Counted from the first letter of the stretch, positions 20,561-30,814 are shown. The stretch: DNA of 64,000 bases from an uncultured cyanobacterium (GCA_963706595.1 OY970166.1:1536001-1600000); one strand, 5' to 3'. Made by a program: numbers and translations. The notes: a model not told the origin generated them from the letters alone.

Positions 20561-21712
20561 TTAGTCTTCTTCAGGTTGGAGATCACGGAAAGAATACCTT
20601 TTTTCTGGCGTTCTATCAAGTCTTTCAACAACATCTACAACAACTTGACGATTCACCATAGATCCAATTACATCGTCAATTTCCTCTTTAACATCATAAA
20701 TTTTCTTATTTTCACCATTTACCTTAACTTCAATCCAATCATTATCTAGTTGTAAGCCACGTAATGTACCACGCAATTGAATAATCTGCTGGTCAGAAAA
20801 AATTGGAGAGATTAAGTCCGTCTTTTTCAACACGCTAGTAATAACTTTGCGAGTATCAGGAATAATAACTACGGGAGGTTCTACAAGATTATTCGCTGAC
20901 TTAATCTCAATTTGACTAAACGATTTTCCTGTTGCTGGTGGTGCGAGTTTTCGAGTTAATTTCAAAAATGTATCTCGATATTCTTTGTCAGGTACTATCT
21001 CTACTAGTTTACCTTCTGGATCTTGTGTAGCCCCTCCAACAACTTCCAAGAATTTTTTAGTTATTTGTTCTACCTGCAATTCCATATCCTTCATAAAAGG
21101 AAAGCTTAATTGCTCTTGAGGTTTACGAACACGTACAGCAAATTGATAACTCCCTGGAGGAGCTTGCAAAAGCCAGGGGTTACATAGCTTCTTAACTTCG
21201 GTAGATGGAGCGCCACCCTTACGAAATTCCATATCCAGAAGCATTTCTGTTGTTCGGTAAAAAATATTGCTGATATCTTTTACTTTATCTAAAATAAGAT
21301 CCAGAGGCGCACCACCATAAATAACTTCACCACCACTTACTGAAACTAGCACCTCACCTTCAAGAAATTCAATACCCGATTTTGCAAGAGACTCCTCGAA
21401 ACGGATAACCTGAATAAGCTCTTCTAGCTGTTCTACTGCAAAAGATGGTAACAATTCAGTAGCCAAAAATTTATGAGCAATTCGTTTTGCTTGTTTAAAT
21501 TCACGAGCCTTAAAGTAAAGAGATGCACTACTAACTACCGTTATACCAATTGTTCTGGTCTTATTAGGAGCAAGATCCTCTAACGCACACACCTCTGCAT
21601 CAGCCGCAAGACAGTATAATTCAGCAGCACGGTCAAAGTCTCCCCTTCTAGCTAAATCTTGTGCTTGACTTGCGTACTCTTGACTACGAATGTGATGCTC
21701 TAACCAACTCAT
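20561..21712 (-). CDS. Uncharacterised protein: helical/TPR-like N-terminus, central GSY motif region, possible C-terminal OB-like beta domain
   Basis: 383-aa ORF with a 4-bp ATGA overlap with the upstream gene. Confidence 0.75.
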   Translation of the reverse strand: MSWLEHHIRSQEYASQAQDLARRGDFDRAAELYCLAADAEVCALEDLAPNKTRTIGITVVSSASLYFKAREFKQAKRIAHKFLATELLPSFAVEQLEELIQVIRFEESLAKSGIEFLEGEVLVSVSGGEVIYGGAPLDLILDKVKDISNIFYRTTEMLLDMEFRKGGAPSTEVKKLCNPWLLQAPPGSYQFAVRVRKPQEQLSFPFMKDMELQVEQITKKFLEVVGGATQDPEGKLVEIVPDKEYRDTFLKLTRKLAPPATGKSFSQIEIKSANNLVEPPVVIIPDTRKVITSVLKKTDLISPIFSDQQIIQLRGTLRGLQLDNDWIEVKVNGENKKIYDVKEEIDDVIGSMVNRQVVVDVVERLDRTPEKRYSFRDLQPEED

Positions 21713-22272
21713 GATGATTCATCGACCGTTTGAAGTAAAATTAACTGTGTGCGAAATCCAACTACGGCTGCTATGGCGGGTTTATTACTGTTGCCTTGTT
21801 TTGTTTGCTCAACCTTTTGTTTAAGGCGATTTTTAACGTCATATTTTTTATCACTCTGTGTTCCTGACACCTCAAGTCGGAAACAATCCTCTAAATCTTC
21901 CAAATCTTCCATATCTTCACCAATTGGAGCGATATAATAATCAGCACCAGTGAGTCTTTCTGCTCGTTGTATGGCAAACATACCTCTTAAAAGTTCTGTA
22001 GCTGCAAGTGCTAAAGCATAAGCTCCATCTCTAGTTGCATCATCGGTGTTAGCCCATGTTGCCTTGACTCTATTATCTGCTGAATCCCACTCCACCTTTG
22101 CCACGGATTCTGCTTTATCGTTCTCCAAAGTAAATTCCTTGGGCGAAATGTGATGTTTATCAAGAGAGACTCTTGCAGCTTGCAGATAACTACCGGCAAG
22201 TTCGGATGTAAGTGCGTAATGTCGATTAGCCATGTCTTGTAGAGGTAACAAGGGCAGATTGTTGTCAGTCAA
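21709..22272 (-). CDS. Putative PD-(D/E)xK-like nuclease
   Basis: TGADYY...RLEVSG...QK spacing resembles restriction-endonuclease-fold proteins; TTG start. Confidence 0.65.
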   Translation of the reverse strand: MTDNNLPLLPLQDMANRHYALTSELAGSYLQAARVSLDKHHISPKEFTLENDKAESVAKVEWDSADNRVKATWANTDDATRDGAYALALAATELLRGMFAIQRAERLTGADYYIAPIGEDMEDLEDLEDCFRLEVSGTQSDKKYDVKNRLKQKVEQTKQGNSNKPAIAAVVGFRTQLILLQTVDESS

Positions 22273-22363
22273 GGTTTTCCCCCATATAAATGAAGTATTT
22301 TTGTATTAAAGTAGTCTATTACACTTATTTAATATGATCAGGTAGGCAATATGCAAGAGGCGA

Positions 22364-22645
22364 TCACATTTTTCCTGTTAATTTACCCCACTGCGGTGCT
22401 TGACTCTTTAAAAGAGATAATTCCCACAGTTGAAGTTTAAGCTCAATCTCCTCATCAGTAAAACCAAATTGCCGAAAAATCCGTAAAACATAACCCGGTG
22501 ACATTTCCCTTGCACCCATATCTATAGGAACTACTCTCCTTTTACCTTCAACTTCACGAGTATATAAACAATGATCACCTTTTCCCTCTCTATGAAATGT
22601 GCAACCTGCTTGTTCTAATAACTTAATTAATTCCTTGGGTTTCAA
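22364..22645 (-). CDS. hicA: HicA-family toxin with an atypical C-terminal extension
   Basis: KPKELIKLLEQAGC..REGKGDH...VVPID...VLRIFRQ. Confidence 0.8.
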   Translation of the reverse strand: MKPKELIKLLEQAGCTFHREGKGDHCLYTREVEGKRRVVPIDMGAREMSPGYVLRIFRQFGFTDEEIELKLQLWELSLLKSQAPQWGKLTGKM

Positions 22646-22658
22646 AAAAGGTATATTT

Positions 22659-22922
22659 TTACGCAGAAACCTTCCTCAATTCATAGATTTCTGATTGTTT
22701 TTTTTCTTCAACTAACAAAAATTCATGTAATTCATCTATAGAAATAGGAGATTTATAAATATTATCTTCTGATTCATAAACAACTTCAAAAGATTCGATT
22801 GCTTCCTTTAATTTATTAACTGCATCTTCTTGAGTATCTCCCTGTCCAACAACACCATTTTCTAAACATAAACCCACCCAAGAACCGAAGCTTTGTCTGA
22901 GGATAACGGTGTAAAAGTTCAT
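22659..22922 (-). CDS. hicB: HicB-family antitoxin
   Basis: VGQGDTQEDAVNKLKEAI motif. Confidence 0.82.
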   Translation of the reverse strand: MNFYTVILRQSFGSWVGLCLENGVVGQGDTQEDAVNKLKEAIESFEVVYESEDNIYKSPISIDELHEFLLVEEKKQSEIYELRKVSA

Positions 22923-22964
22923 TTTTGTTTCCCTATTGATTAAATTTAGGATTAAGAGAAAGTA

Positions 22965-23063
22965 TTAATCTACAGCAAACTCAGTCAATTTACGAGTTTC
23001 AGGATCATGAAAAGCTAAAACAATATCCTCTTTGGGTACACCTTCCCTTAATAACTCAGTTGC
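22965..23063 (-). pseudogene. xisI: 3' fragment (33 codons) of a second xisI allele
   Basis: 99-bp copy of 23824-23922 with 5 differences, 4 of them synonymous. Confidence 0.9.
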
Positions 23064-23079
23064 TTTGATAGAGTTAAAA

Positions 23080-23460
23080 TTATTCCTTTTCCAATCTATC
23101 AAAAGGATTAAGTAATTTTAATTCATTAATCCAACGGAAATCATCAATATTTCTAGTTACAACAGTTAAATTATAAACTAATGCTGTTCCGGCAATAATA
23201 GCATCTCCTAAAGAAATTTTTTTAATTTGTTTTAGTTTCACAGCTTGCTCAATTACTGCTTGAGAAACTGGTAAAATTTGAGAAGCATTAAAAAATTCTT
23301 CAAAATAGGTTTTATCCTCATCATTTAGTTGATGATAACCCAAGACTTCGAGATAGGAAAGAGCAGATACATAAGGAGAATTTTCTGCAATAAACTCCCT
23401 TAAAAACTCATTTTCTACTTGTGCTGCATAGATAATAATATTGCTATCAACTAACATCAT
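23080..23460 (-). CDS. vapC: PIN-domain VapC toxin
   Basis: LVDSNIII, YLEVL, DAIIAGTA and VTRNIDDF motifs. Confidence 0.92.
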   Translation of the reverse strand: MMLVDSNIIIYAAQVENEFLREFIAENSPYVSALSYLEVLGYHQLNDEDKTYFEEFFNASQILPVSQAVIEQAVKLKQIKKISLGDAIIAGTALVYNLTVVTRNIDDFRWINELKLLNPFDRLEKE

Positions 23461-23733
23461 TTAATCACGATTAGGAAGAGATTGATCTTGACGAATTTCT
23501 TGTTGCCATTTCTGCGGATCAATTTCGGCGAAAATATTCTTTTTTGAGATTTTCCTTAACGCTTCTGCCATTTTTTGACCATCAGACTTGGTTTTAGCTG
23601 TTGCTGTTTCTTCTAATAAAGTAATATGCACCTTCATTGAACTATTTAATTCTATTTCAGGAGTTTCATCAACCCATTGAATAGAGTTGTTTTTCAAAAT
23701 AGCGTTAAAAGTTTTTAACATGATCTTGTTCAC
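23461..23733 (-). CDS. Putative antitoxin partner of VapC
   Basis: Abuts vapC; C-terminal DPQKWQQEIRQD. Confidence 0.75.
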   Translation of the reverse strand: MNKIMLKTFNAILKNNSIQWVDETPEIELNSSMKVHITLLEETATAKTKSDGQKMAEALRKISKKNIFAEIDPQKWQQEIRQDQSLPNRD

Positions 23734-23754
23734 CTATTAATAATTGGCTAATCA

Positions 23755-23799
23755 AGGTAAGCCATCAAGACTCACCCTCACTCACATTATACTAACAAA
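23755..23799 (-). repeat. Diverged copy of the acnB 3' end plus downstream -10/hairpin leader
   Basis: Matches 24595-24638: TTTGTTAGTATAATGT...GGGTGAGTCTTGATGGCTYACCT. Confidence 0.85.
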
Positions 23800-23823
23800 A
23801 CTTACTACTGTTGATAAACTTCT

Positions 23824-24168
23824 TTAAGCCACAGCAAACTCAGTCAATTTACGAGTTTCTGGATCATGAAAAGCTAAAACAATATCCTCTTTTGGTACAC
23901 CTTCTCTTAATAACTCAGTTGCAATTCCTTCCTCAGTCCAATCTTCCTCAATGTAAATCTTCTCATTTTTAATCCGAACATAAACAGTAATTGCTGTAAT
24001 CTTTTTCTCATCATGCCAACCAACTTGAAACCAAATATATTGATCTCTTTTTTCATCCAAAGCTAAGACGCTATCAACTCCAGAAGGATTAGGCGTTTGT
24101 GATGCTAATTGTTCATATTCTGTCAGAATTTTTTTAATTAAGTTGCGATAAATTGTTAGTTTATCCAT
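23824..24168 (-). CDS. xisI: XisI protein
   Basis: MDKLTIYR...IYIEEDWTEEGIATELLREGVPKEDIVLAFH. Confidence 0.95.
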   Translation of the reverse strand: MDKLTIYRNLIKKILTEYEQLASQTPNPSGVDSVLALDEKRDQYIWFQVGWHDEKKITAITVYVRIKNEKIYIEEDWTEEGIATELLREGVPKEDIVLAFHDPETRKLTEFAVA

Positions 24169-24572
24169 TGAACAATTTCCTCCTTTTTCAAATCAACAAC
24201 AATTAAGAGTAAATTACTTTCTTCAATTACCATTGAAATCGCGTTTTGTTGAAAAAATGATTGATAAATAGCCTTACCAATCCCTAAGTAAATTTTAGTT
24301 TCCGGTAAAATAGCTTTTAATAAAGTACGATAAATAATATATTGACCTAAAGCTGTTTCAAATTCACGCATCGGTGAACGACTAATAAAACTTTTAATTT
24401 CTACAATAATTTGCTGTCCATTCCGTTCAATTTCTAAAGTTCTATCAGCAAGTAAATCAGCAAATAACTGAATTTTTTCATATTTAATGGTATAAGGATC
24501 AGCCGTAATTGTCCAACCATCTTTAATTAAAGCATTTTTAACCGCATCATGGTAAGTATCTTTTGCTGGCAT
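24156..24572 (-). CDS. xisH: XisH protein (PD-(D/E)xK fold)
   Basis: MPAKDTYHDAVKNALIKDGWTITADP...VEIKSF...ALGQY. Confidence 0.95.
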   Translation of the reverse strand: MPAKDTYHDAVKNALIKDGWTITADPYTIKYEKIQLFADLLADRTLEIERNGQQIIVEIKSFISRSPMREFETALGQYIIYRTLLKAILPETKIYLGIGKAIYQSFFQQNAISMVIEESNLLLIVVDLKKEEIVQWIN

Positions 24573-24625
24573 TGTCACGCTGTTAATAACGTTCAGGTGA
24601 GCCATCAAGACTCACCCCAATTACA

Positions 24626-27253
24626 TTATACTAACAAAGCCTGTTCCTCCTGACTAATCACCCTACCTTCATCCTCAAAACCGGCGATTTGATCAAAGTT
24701 CAAATACCGATACAAATCATCAGCAAAAGGATGAATCTTTTCTGCTACAATATCCAAGTATTCCTGCACTGTGGGAATGCGTCCCAACAACGCACAAACT
24801 GCGGCTAATTCTGCCGAACCAAGGTAAACTCGCGCGTCTTTACCCATGCGATTGTTGAAGTTACGCGTTGAGGTAGAAAACACAGTTGTACCATCTTCAA
24901 CTCGCGCCTGATTACCCATACATAAACTACATCCAGGCATTTCTGTACGCGCATTCGCAGCTTCAAAGGTTTCATACACACCTTCTTGCTTTAATTGATA
25001 TTCATCCATGCGGGTGGGTGGACAAATCCACAAACGGGCTTGCACTGCACCAGCACCTTCTAATACTTTACCAGTGGCGCGATAATGACCGATATTGGTC
25101 ATACAAGAACCTACAAATACTTCTTGTACTGGGTCATTAGCAACTTCCGATAATAATTTCACGTTATCAGGGTCATTGGGTGCAGCTACAATTGGTTCTG
25201 TGATTTCGTTCAAATCAATTTCAATGATTTCTGCATATTCCGCATCTGCATCAGCTTCCATTAGCGTGGGGTTGGCTAACCATTCTTCCATTTTCGCTAC
25301 ACGGCGCATAATGGTACGTGCATCTGTGTAACCCCTAGCTACCATGTTCTTTAACAGACTGACATTGGAACGCAGATATTCAGAAACTGTCTCAATACTC
25401 AGCTTAATTGTACAACCTGCACAAGAACGTTCTGCGGAAGCGTCGGTAAGTTCAAAGGCTTGTTCTACTTTCAAATCTGGTAAACCTTCCAATTCCAAAA
25501 TTCGCCCTGAGTAGATATTTTTCTTATTTTTCTTCTCTACTGTCAGCAAACCTTTTTGAATCGCAACGTAGGGAATGGCGTTGACAATATCTCGTAAGGT
25601 GATGCCGGGTTGCAATTCTCCTTTGAAGCGGACTAATACTGATTCTGGCATATCTAAGGGCATGACACCCAATGCACCGGCAAAGGCTACTAACCCCGAA
25701 CCAGCAGGAAAGGATATACCCAAGGGGAAGCGGGTGTGGGAATCGCCACCTGTTCCCACAGTATCGGGTAACAGCATCCGGTTTAGCCAAGAGTGAATAA
25801 TACCATCTCCAGGACGTAAGGCGACACCTGCGCGTTGGGCAAAGAAATCTGGTAATTCTTGGTGAGTTTTAATGTCTACTGGTTTGGGATAAGCCGCAGT
25901 GTGACAGAAACTCTGCATTACTAAGTCTGCACTGAAACCAAGACAGGCGAGTTCTTTTAATTCGTCGCGGGTCATGGGACCTGTGGTATCTTGGGAACCA
26001 ATGGTAGTCATTAGGGGTTCGCATGATGTCCCCGGACGAACACCGGCTAAACCGCAAGCTTTACCCACCATTTTCTGGGCGAGGGTGTAACCTTTGCCTG
26101 TATCGTTGGGTTGTTGAGGACGAATAAATATATTGCTGGGTTCTAAACCCAATGCTTCGCGGGTTTTGTCGGTGAGGGTACGTCCAACCAGTAGGGGAAT
26201 GCGTCCACCTGCGCGGACTTCATCAAAGATGGTTTCGGGTTTGAGGGTGAAGGTGGAAATGACTTCGCCGGCTTCGTTGGTGATTTCGCCTTTGTAGGGA
26301 TGTATGGTAATTACCATACCGGTTTCTAAGTTGCTGACATCGCATTCAATGGGCAAAGCACCGGCATCTTCGGCAGTGTTGAAGAAAATTGGCGCGATCG
26401 CACTACCTAAAATATAACCCCCCGCGCGTTTGTTTGGTACATAGGGTATATCATTTCCTAAATGCCACAATACTGAGTTAATGGCAGATTTGCGCGAGGA
26501 ACCAGTACCGACAACATCGCCGACGTAAGCTAGTGGATGTCCTTTTTGCTTTAACTCGGCAATGGTTTCTAAACTTCCCGGTTGCCGTGACTCTAGCATG
26601 GCTAAGGCGTGTAAGGGAATATCCGGGCGGGTGGTAGCGTGGGTAGCTGGGGATAAGTCATCGGTGTTGGTTTCCCCAGGGACTTTAAACACGGTGACAG
26701 TAATTGCTTCTGGTACTGTGGGGCGAATAGTAAACCATTCCGCATTCGCCCAAGAGTCAACTACTCGCTTGGCGAAAGGATTTGTTTGGGATAATTCCAA
26801 AACATCATGAAAGGCATCATACACCAAAAGGATTTTACTCAGGGCGGCTGCGGCGTAAGCGGCGATGGGTTCTCTACCTTCACCCTTCATGACTAAAGGT
26901 GTTTCTCCGTCTTCTGATTCTCCACTGGAAACTTGCAGCAAATCAATGAGAGATTGCACGTTGTATCCGCCTACCATTGTTCCCAATAATTCTACTGCGG
27001 CGATGGGAGAAACTAAAGGACTGGTAATTTCCCTTTTAGCAATGGCGGTGAGAAATCCCGCTTTCACATAAGCTGCTTCATCTACACCGGGGGGTACGCG
27101 ATCGCACAATAAATGTAATAATGTATCTTCTTCACCCTCTGGTGGATTTTGCAGCAATTCGCACAGTTCTGAGGTCTGCTTCGCATCCAATGGTAAAGGG
27201 GGAATACCGAGTTGGGCGCGTTCCGCAACATGATGACGGTATTGTTCTAGCAT
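24626..27253 (-). CDS. acnB: Aconitate hydratase B
   Basis: [35 protein letters not shown] and GCSLCMGNQ motifs. Confidence 0.98.
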   Translation of the reverse strand: MLEQYRHHVAERAQLGIPPLPLDAKQTSELCELLQNPPEGEEDTLLHLLCDRVPPGVDEAAYVKAGFLTAIAKREITSPLVSPIAAVELLGTMVGGYNVQSLIDLLQVSSGESEDGETPLVMKGEGREPIAAYAAAALSKILLVYDAFHDVLELSQTNPFAKRVVDSWANAEWFTIRPTVPEAITVTVFKVPGETNTDDLSPATHATTRPDIPLHALAMLESRQPGSLETIAELKQKGHPLAYVGDVVGTGSSRKSAINSVLWHLGNDIPYVPNKRAGGYILGSAIAPIFFNTAEDAGALPIECDVSNLETGMVITIHPYKGEITNEAGEVISTFTLKPETIFDEVRAGGRIPLLVGRTLTDKTREALGLEPSNIFIRPQQPNDTGKGYTLAQKMVGKACGLAGVRPGTSCEPLMTTIGSQDTTGPMTRDELKELACLGFSADLVMQSFCHTAAYPKPVDIKTHQELPDFFAQRAGVALRPGDGIIHSWLNRMLLPDTVGTGGDSHTRFPLGISFPAGSGLVAFAGALGVMPLDMPESVLVRFKGELQPGITLRDIVNAIPYVAIQKGLLTVEKKNKKNIYSGRILELEGLPDLKVEQAFELTDASAERSCAGCTIKLSIETVSEYLRSNVSLLKNMVARGYTDARTIMRRVAKMEEWLANPTLMEADADAEYAEIIEIDLNEITEPIVAAPNDPDNVKLLSEVANDPVQEVFVGSCMTNIGHYRATGKVLEGAGAVQARLWICPPTRMDEYQLKQEGVYETFEAANARTEMPGCSLCMGNQARVEDGTTVFSTSTRNFNNRMGKDARVYLGSAELAAVCALLGRIPTVQEYLDIVAEKIHPFADDLYRYLNFDQIAGFEDEGRVISQEEQALLV

Positions 27254-27478
27254 TTTGTGTTCTCCATTGGGATGTTCTCCCCTTAATTATGAAATATTTT
27301 TAGGCAAATCTTGGCTATAAAAGTTTACCTGATTTTTATAGCTGAAAGCCTTACGGGTAATTGATTATTAGGAATTTGGTTTTATACTGAAAGTATAGTT
27401 TTTGTTAATTCAATATCTTTCACCTCTGATATAAAATTATCAACTCAGTTTAGTGTTGTTTTATAATCAGACTTGGGT

Positions 27479-27584
27479 TATGGCAATTCCCATTCCAGTG
27501 AAGTACAAGCAGTAATAATTAAACGCAGATAAACGCAGATAAACGCAGATAATTTGGTACGTCAATAGAACAGGAAATGCTATT
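27479..27584. repeat. 106-bp MITE-like repeat with internal (AAACGCAGAT)3
   Basis: Closely similar copy at 46192-46297; imperfect terminal inverted repeats. Confidence 0.8.
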
Positions 27585-27590
27585 GATAAT

Positions 27591-28511
27591 TTATTCTGAT
27601 TGTGGGTTTAACCAAGCTTCTAAATCAGCAACACTAGAAAAGTCTAATAACGCCTCTCCTAAGTTCTCTAATTGTTCAATCGATAATCCTGCGATTCGCT
27701 CAATTAATAACGCATCAATTTCACCGATACGGCGATGGAGTAGACGCATTATTAAGTCTTTTTCTCCCTGTTGTATTCCCTGTTGTATTCCCTGTTGTAT
27801 TCCTTCTTCTTTAGCTTTTTCTCTATCTCTTTGATAAAGTGGTTCTAATCGCATAATTAACTCCCTATCATCTGCTTCTAGTTCTTGATTTACTTTCAAG
27901 TTTTCACGCAAGTTGTAAACTAATTCCAGGGTCGCTTTCTGGTATGGATGATCTAATGGTAACGCTTGCAACTCGATAATTGCTTGTGATTGTACGCTTC
28001 CCCTACCCAAAAGTCTCAACCATAAAGTTTCCGGTGTTTGCGGTAGTTGGTGTATCGCCACAATTACTGTCCGCAAGGCATCTGCTAGAAAATGTACTCC
28101 CGATAACCAACCTTGTTTTTGAACTGTTCCAAAGCTAGATAACCGAGTTTCAGATATGGTGGGGGTTAAAATCCACAACTTAGGAATTTCCGACTCCTGA
28201 ACTTTGATTTTATTGGCTTTGGCTTCTCGTCGCAATAAAGCCTTGATTTCTAATAATTTCAGAATACAGTCGCAGATTTCATCGCTAGAAGCTGGATTGC
28301 GGTATGGTTCTATTATTGCAGGATGTTCGGCAAGTCTTCCTAGTAACCCCAGTATTTGTAAATTAGCACTTTTTTGTTTAGCAGGTGTGAATAAAACATC
28401 TATTTCTTTAATCTCTCCTGAGACTTTTTCTGATGCTTTGACTTCTCCGTAATCTTTTAATAATTCTTCTAGATAGTCTTTAGCGAATTTATCATGTATA
28501 AACCTAGTCAT
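27591..28511 (-). CDS. Rpn-like/DUF4351 PD-(D/E)xK protein
   Basis: HDKFAKDYL..EIDVLF; GIQQ repeats; DUF4351 tail LENLGEALLDFSSVADLEAWL. Confidence 0.88.
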   Translation of the reverse strand: MTRFIHDKFAKDYLEELLKDYGEVKASEKVSGEIKEIDVLFTPAKQKSANLQILGLLGRLAEHPAIIEPYRNPASSDEICDCILKLLEIKALLRREAKANKIKVQESEIPKLWILTPTISETRLSSFGTVQKQGWLSGVHFLADALRTVIVAIHQLPQTPETLWLRLLGRGSVQSQAIIELQALPLDHPYQKATLELVYNLRENLKVNQELEADDRELIMRLEPLYQRDREKAKEEGIQQGIQQGIQQGEKDLIMRLLHRRIGEIDALLIERIAGLSIEQLENLGEALLDFSSVADLEAWLNPQSE

Positions 28512-28743
28512 TAAATTTTGATATTGTGTAAAATTCGGGTTAATTCAAAGTTTTATTATATACCAGTTTTGAATTATCCGTAAGAGGATGTCTGAAAAAA
28601 TATTAGTGTTGTATTCAATTGAAAGTAATAGCGATTTTATCAGCTTTCGAGATTTAACCTAAATTTTTTTTGTGAAATTTGAATATCTTTAATTAATTCA
28701 GATACAATAATATGTTTGTCTGTTGCATCACCTGATTTTATAT

Positions 28744-29064
28744 ATGTCCAACATTTACACCGTTGAAATTAACCACCAAGGTAAAATTTATACTTTACAA
28801 GTTCCTGAAAATGAGACTATCTTATCAGTGGCTGAAGCTGCTGGTCTAGGTTTTCCCAATTCTTGTAATGCAGGCGTTTGTACAACTTGCGCTGGTCTAA
28901 TTACTGAGGGAACTGTAGACCAATCTGATTGTATGGGTGTTAGTTCCGAACTGCAAAAACAAGGTTATGCTTTGCTTTGTGTTTCTTATCCCCGTTCTGA
29001 TTTGAAAATTGAGACGGAAAAGGAAGACGTAGTTTATCAATTGCAGTTTGGTAAAAACCAATAA
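28744..29064 (+). CDS. [2Fe-2S] plant-type ferredoxin
   Basis: SCNAGVCTTC...LLCVSYPRSD. Confidence 0.95.
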   Translation: MSNIYTVEINHQGKIYTLQVPENETILSVAEAAGLGFPNSCNAGVCTTCAGLITEGTVDQSDCMGVSSELQKQGYALLCVSYPRSDLKIETEKEDVVYQLQFGKNQ

Positions 29065-29100
29065 TCAGTTATCAGTTATCAGTTATCAGTTATCAGTTAT
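29063..29100. repeat. STRR heptamer (TTATCAG)n
   Basis: About five tandem units. Confidence 0.85.
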
Positions 29101-29293
29101 TTGATGACTGGTAACTGATTAGAAAGATGAATGAACCGCCTTCTCTTACGAGACGCTACGCGAACGCGTAGCGTATGCCCCCAGGGCGTTAGTCGCCAAG
29201 TTCGCCAAGGAAAGAGTGGGAAGATTTTAGGAGTGATTTATAACTGCTATATTAAGTTATTCTAGAAACTGGACATATAAAGGACTTACCTCT

Positions 29294-29476
29294 ATGACAA
29301 CTCATTTTATTACCGCAGAAGTTGATTTGCAAGAAACTCCGACTGAGTTGGAAAAGGCAATTGAGGCTGAGTTGCAAAAGCAGGGTGAACCTCTACGTTG
29401 GGCGATTACTTCTGTGGATGAATCACAGCAAAAGGCTACTGTTGAAGCTGTTGTGACTACAGCAGATTCCGAGTAA
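29294..29476 (+). CDS. Small conserved cyanobacterial hypothetical protein
   Basis: AGGA RBS; GEPLRWAIT motif. Confidence 0.8.
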   Translation: MTTHFITAEVDLQETPTELEKAIEAELQKQGEPLRWAITSVDESQQKATVEAVVTTADSE

Positions 29477-29506
29477 TCAGTTATGAGTGATGAGTGCAGA
29501 AAATTC

Positions 29507-29790
29507 TCACTCATCATCCTCAATAAAAAAATCATCTTCTTCTGCATAAGTTACTTTAATTAAATCTGTGTCAGAATAAAAAAGTTTTTTTATTAATGAT
29601 TCACAAAGTTTTATTCTGTAGTCATCAAATCCATCACCTCCAAATAAGTGAATCCTGGTAATTAGTTGTTTATTTACTGAATTAGGATATTCTGAAAAGT
29701 AGTACCAGTAAGCAAAGACTTGTCCTACAGCGTGTTTCCAGTTTTTGATATCTTTTACTTCAATCACTTCTTTATCTGTGATTAACAAAA
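29507..29790 (-). pseudogene. C-terminal fragment of a PD-(D/E)xK nuclease
   Basis: ITDKEVIEVK..KNWKHAVGQ motif; the N-terminus is missing at the junction with the DUF3326 fragment. Confidence 0.6.
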
Positions 29791-29797
29791 GAGAATT

Positions 29798-29941
29798 ATG
29801 CAACGTCCTTATACAGCGATTTTAATTATACCTACTGGAGTGGGTGCTGCCATTGGCGGTTATGCGGGTGATGCTTTGCCTGTAGCTAAGGTTATATCAC
29901 AGGTGTGCGGTAAGCGCAGCTATGCCGCCCTTGCTTATCGC
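29798..29941 (+). pseudogene. 5' fragment of a DUF3326 allele ending at an interrupted HIP1
   Basis: 112-bp copy of 32386-32497 (7 differences, 6 synonymous), then a 27-nt insert and ATCGC. Confidence 0.92.
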
Positions 29942-30814
29942 TTAGTTTATGCGGTAGGCTTTGGGAGTTATTCCTGTGATTTGTCGAAATTGCCTAGTAA
30001 AGTGACTATGGCTATCGAACCCGCAAGCCAAAGCGATTTCCACTAAAGACTGGTTTGTGTGTTTCAAGAGTTGCTTTGCCCGTTCAACTCGCTGTTGTAG
30101 CAGATATTGGTGGGGCGATAATCCCATCGATTGTTTAAATAAACGGCTGAAATGAGATTGGCTCATTTTAGCTAACTGAGCCAAATCGGCAAGTTTAAGA
30201 TTCTGATCTAAAGCTTCATCAATATAATGTGTGATCTGGAGCAGTTTGTGATCCCCCAATCCCTGGTTGAACTGAGTAATACGGGGGTGAATAGCAGAGT
30301 AATCCTGAAGCAAGTTTACTACCAGGGCATTTGCTAATGACTCAAGGTATAGTCGCCCCATCCGACCACCCTGGTGTAATTCGGTTTGCAGTAACCGCAA
30401 AAGTTGCTCTAGTTGAGGATTGCGAACCTGAAATGCAGGCATCACGTCTACTCGGTTGGGATTTAGTTCGAGAGCCTCTTCAGCAACCTGTTGAAGAAAC
30501 GATGAGGAAATTTGCACATACAGATAGTGATGATGATCTTCAGCGTAGTAGCTGCTGGGGATGCCAGATGGGGTAATGCAAAGATCACCTTGGCGATACA
30601 GACCGATATGGTGGTAATTACCCACACTCTCATAAGTTCGATGAGGTTGAGTCGTGAGGATCAAAATAATTACGGGATCGACTTCTGCTGGAAACTCCAT
30701 GCCACCAGATGGCTGCTGATACTCTTGAACTAAAACAGACTTCCAGCCTAGATTCTGACTGGAAACAATCGGTAATCTTGGATTCTGGTTGATTTCGGAA
30801 TGAGAGACTTTCAT
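29942..30814 (-). CDS. AraC-family transcriptional regulator
   Basis: C-terminal HTH: LAQLAKMSQSHFSRLFKQSMG...IALACGFDSHSHFTRQF. Confidence 0.95.
   Translation of the reverse strand: MKVSHSEINQNPRLPIVSSQNLGWKSVLVQEYQQPSGGMEFPAEVDPVIILILTTQPHRTYESVGNYHHIGLYRQGDLCITPSGIPSSYYAEDHHHYLYVQISSSFLQQVAEEALELNPNRVDVMPAFQVRNPQLEQLLRLLQTELHQGGRMGRLYLESLANALVVNLLQDYSAIHPRITQFNQGLGDHKLLQITHYIDEALDQNLKLADLAQLAKMSQSHFSRLFKQSMGLSPHQYLLQQRVERAKQLLKHTNQSLVEIALACGFDSHSHFTRQFRQITGITPKAYRIN

Noticed and set aside
23824..24572. Heterocyst excision (fdxN-type) element suggested by xisH/xisI
   Set aside because: No XisF-like serine recombinase and no interrupted nif/fdxN gene; xisHI pairs commonly occur alone
27767..27805. 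12-bp tandem repeat in the Rpn-like gene
   Set aside because: It encodes the ordinary GIQQ repeats of this family
29798..30046. 82-aa ORF as a real gene
   Set aside because: It is a chimera of the DUF3326 5' fragment, a repeat insert and antisense AraC sequence
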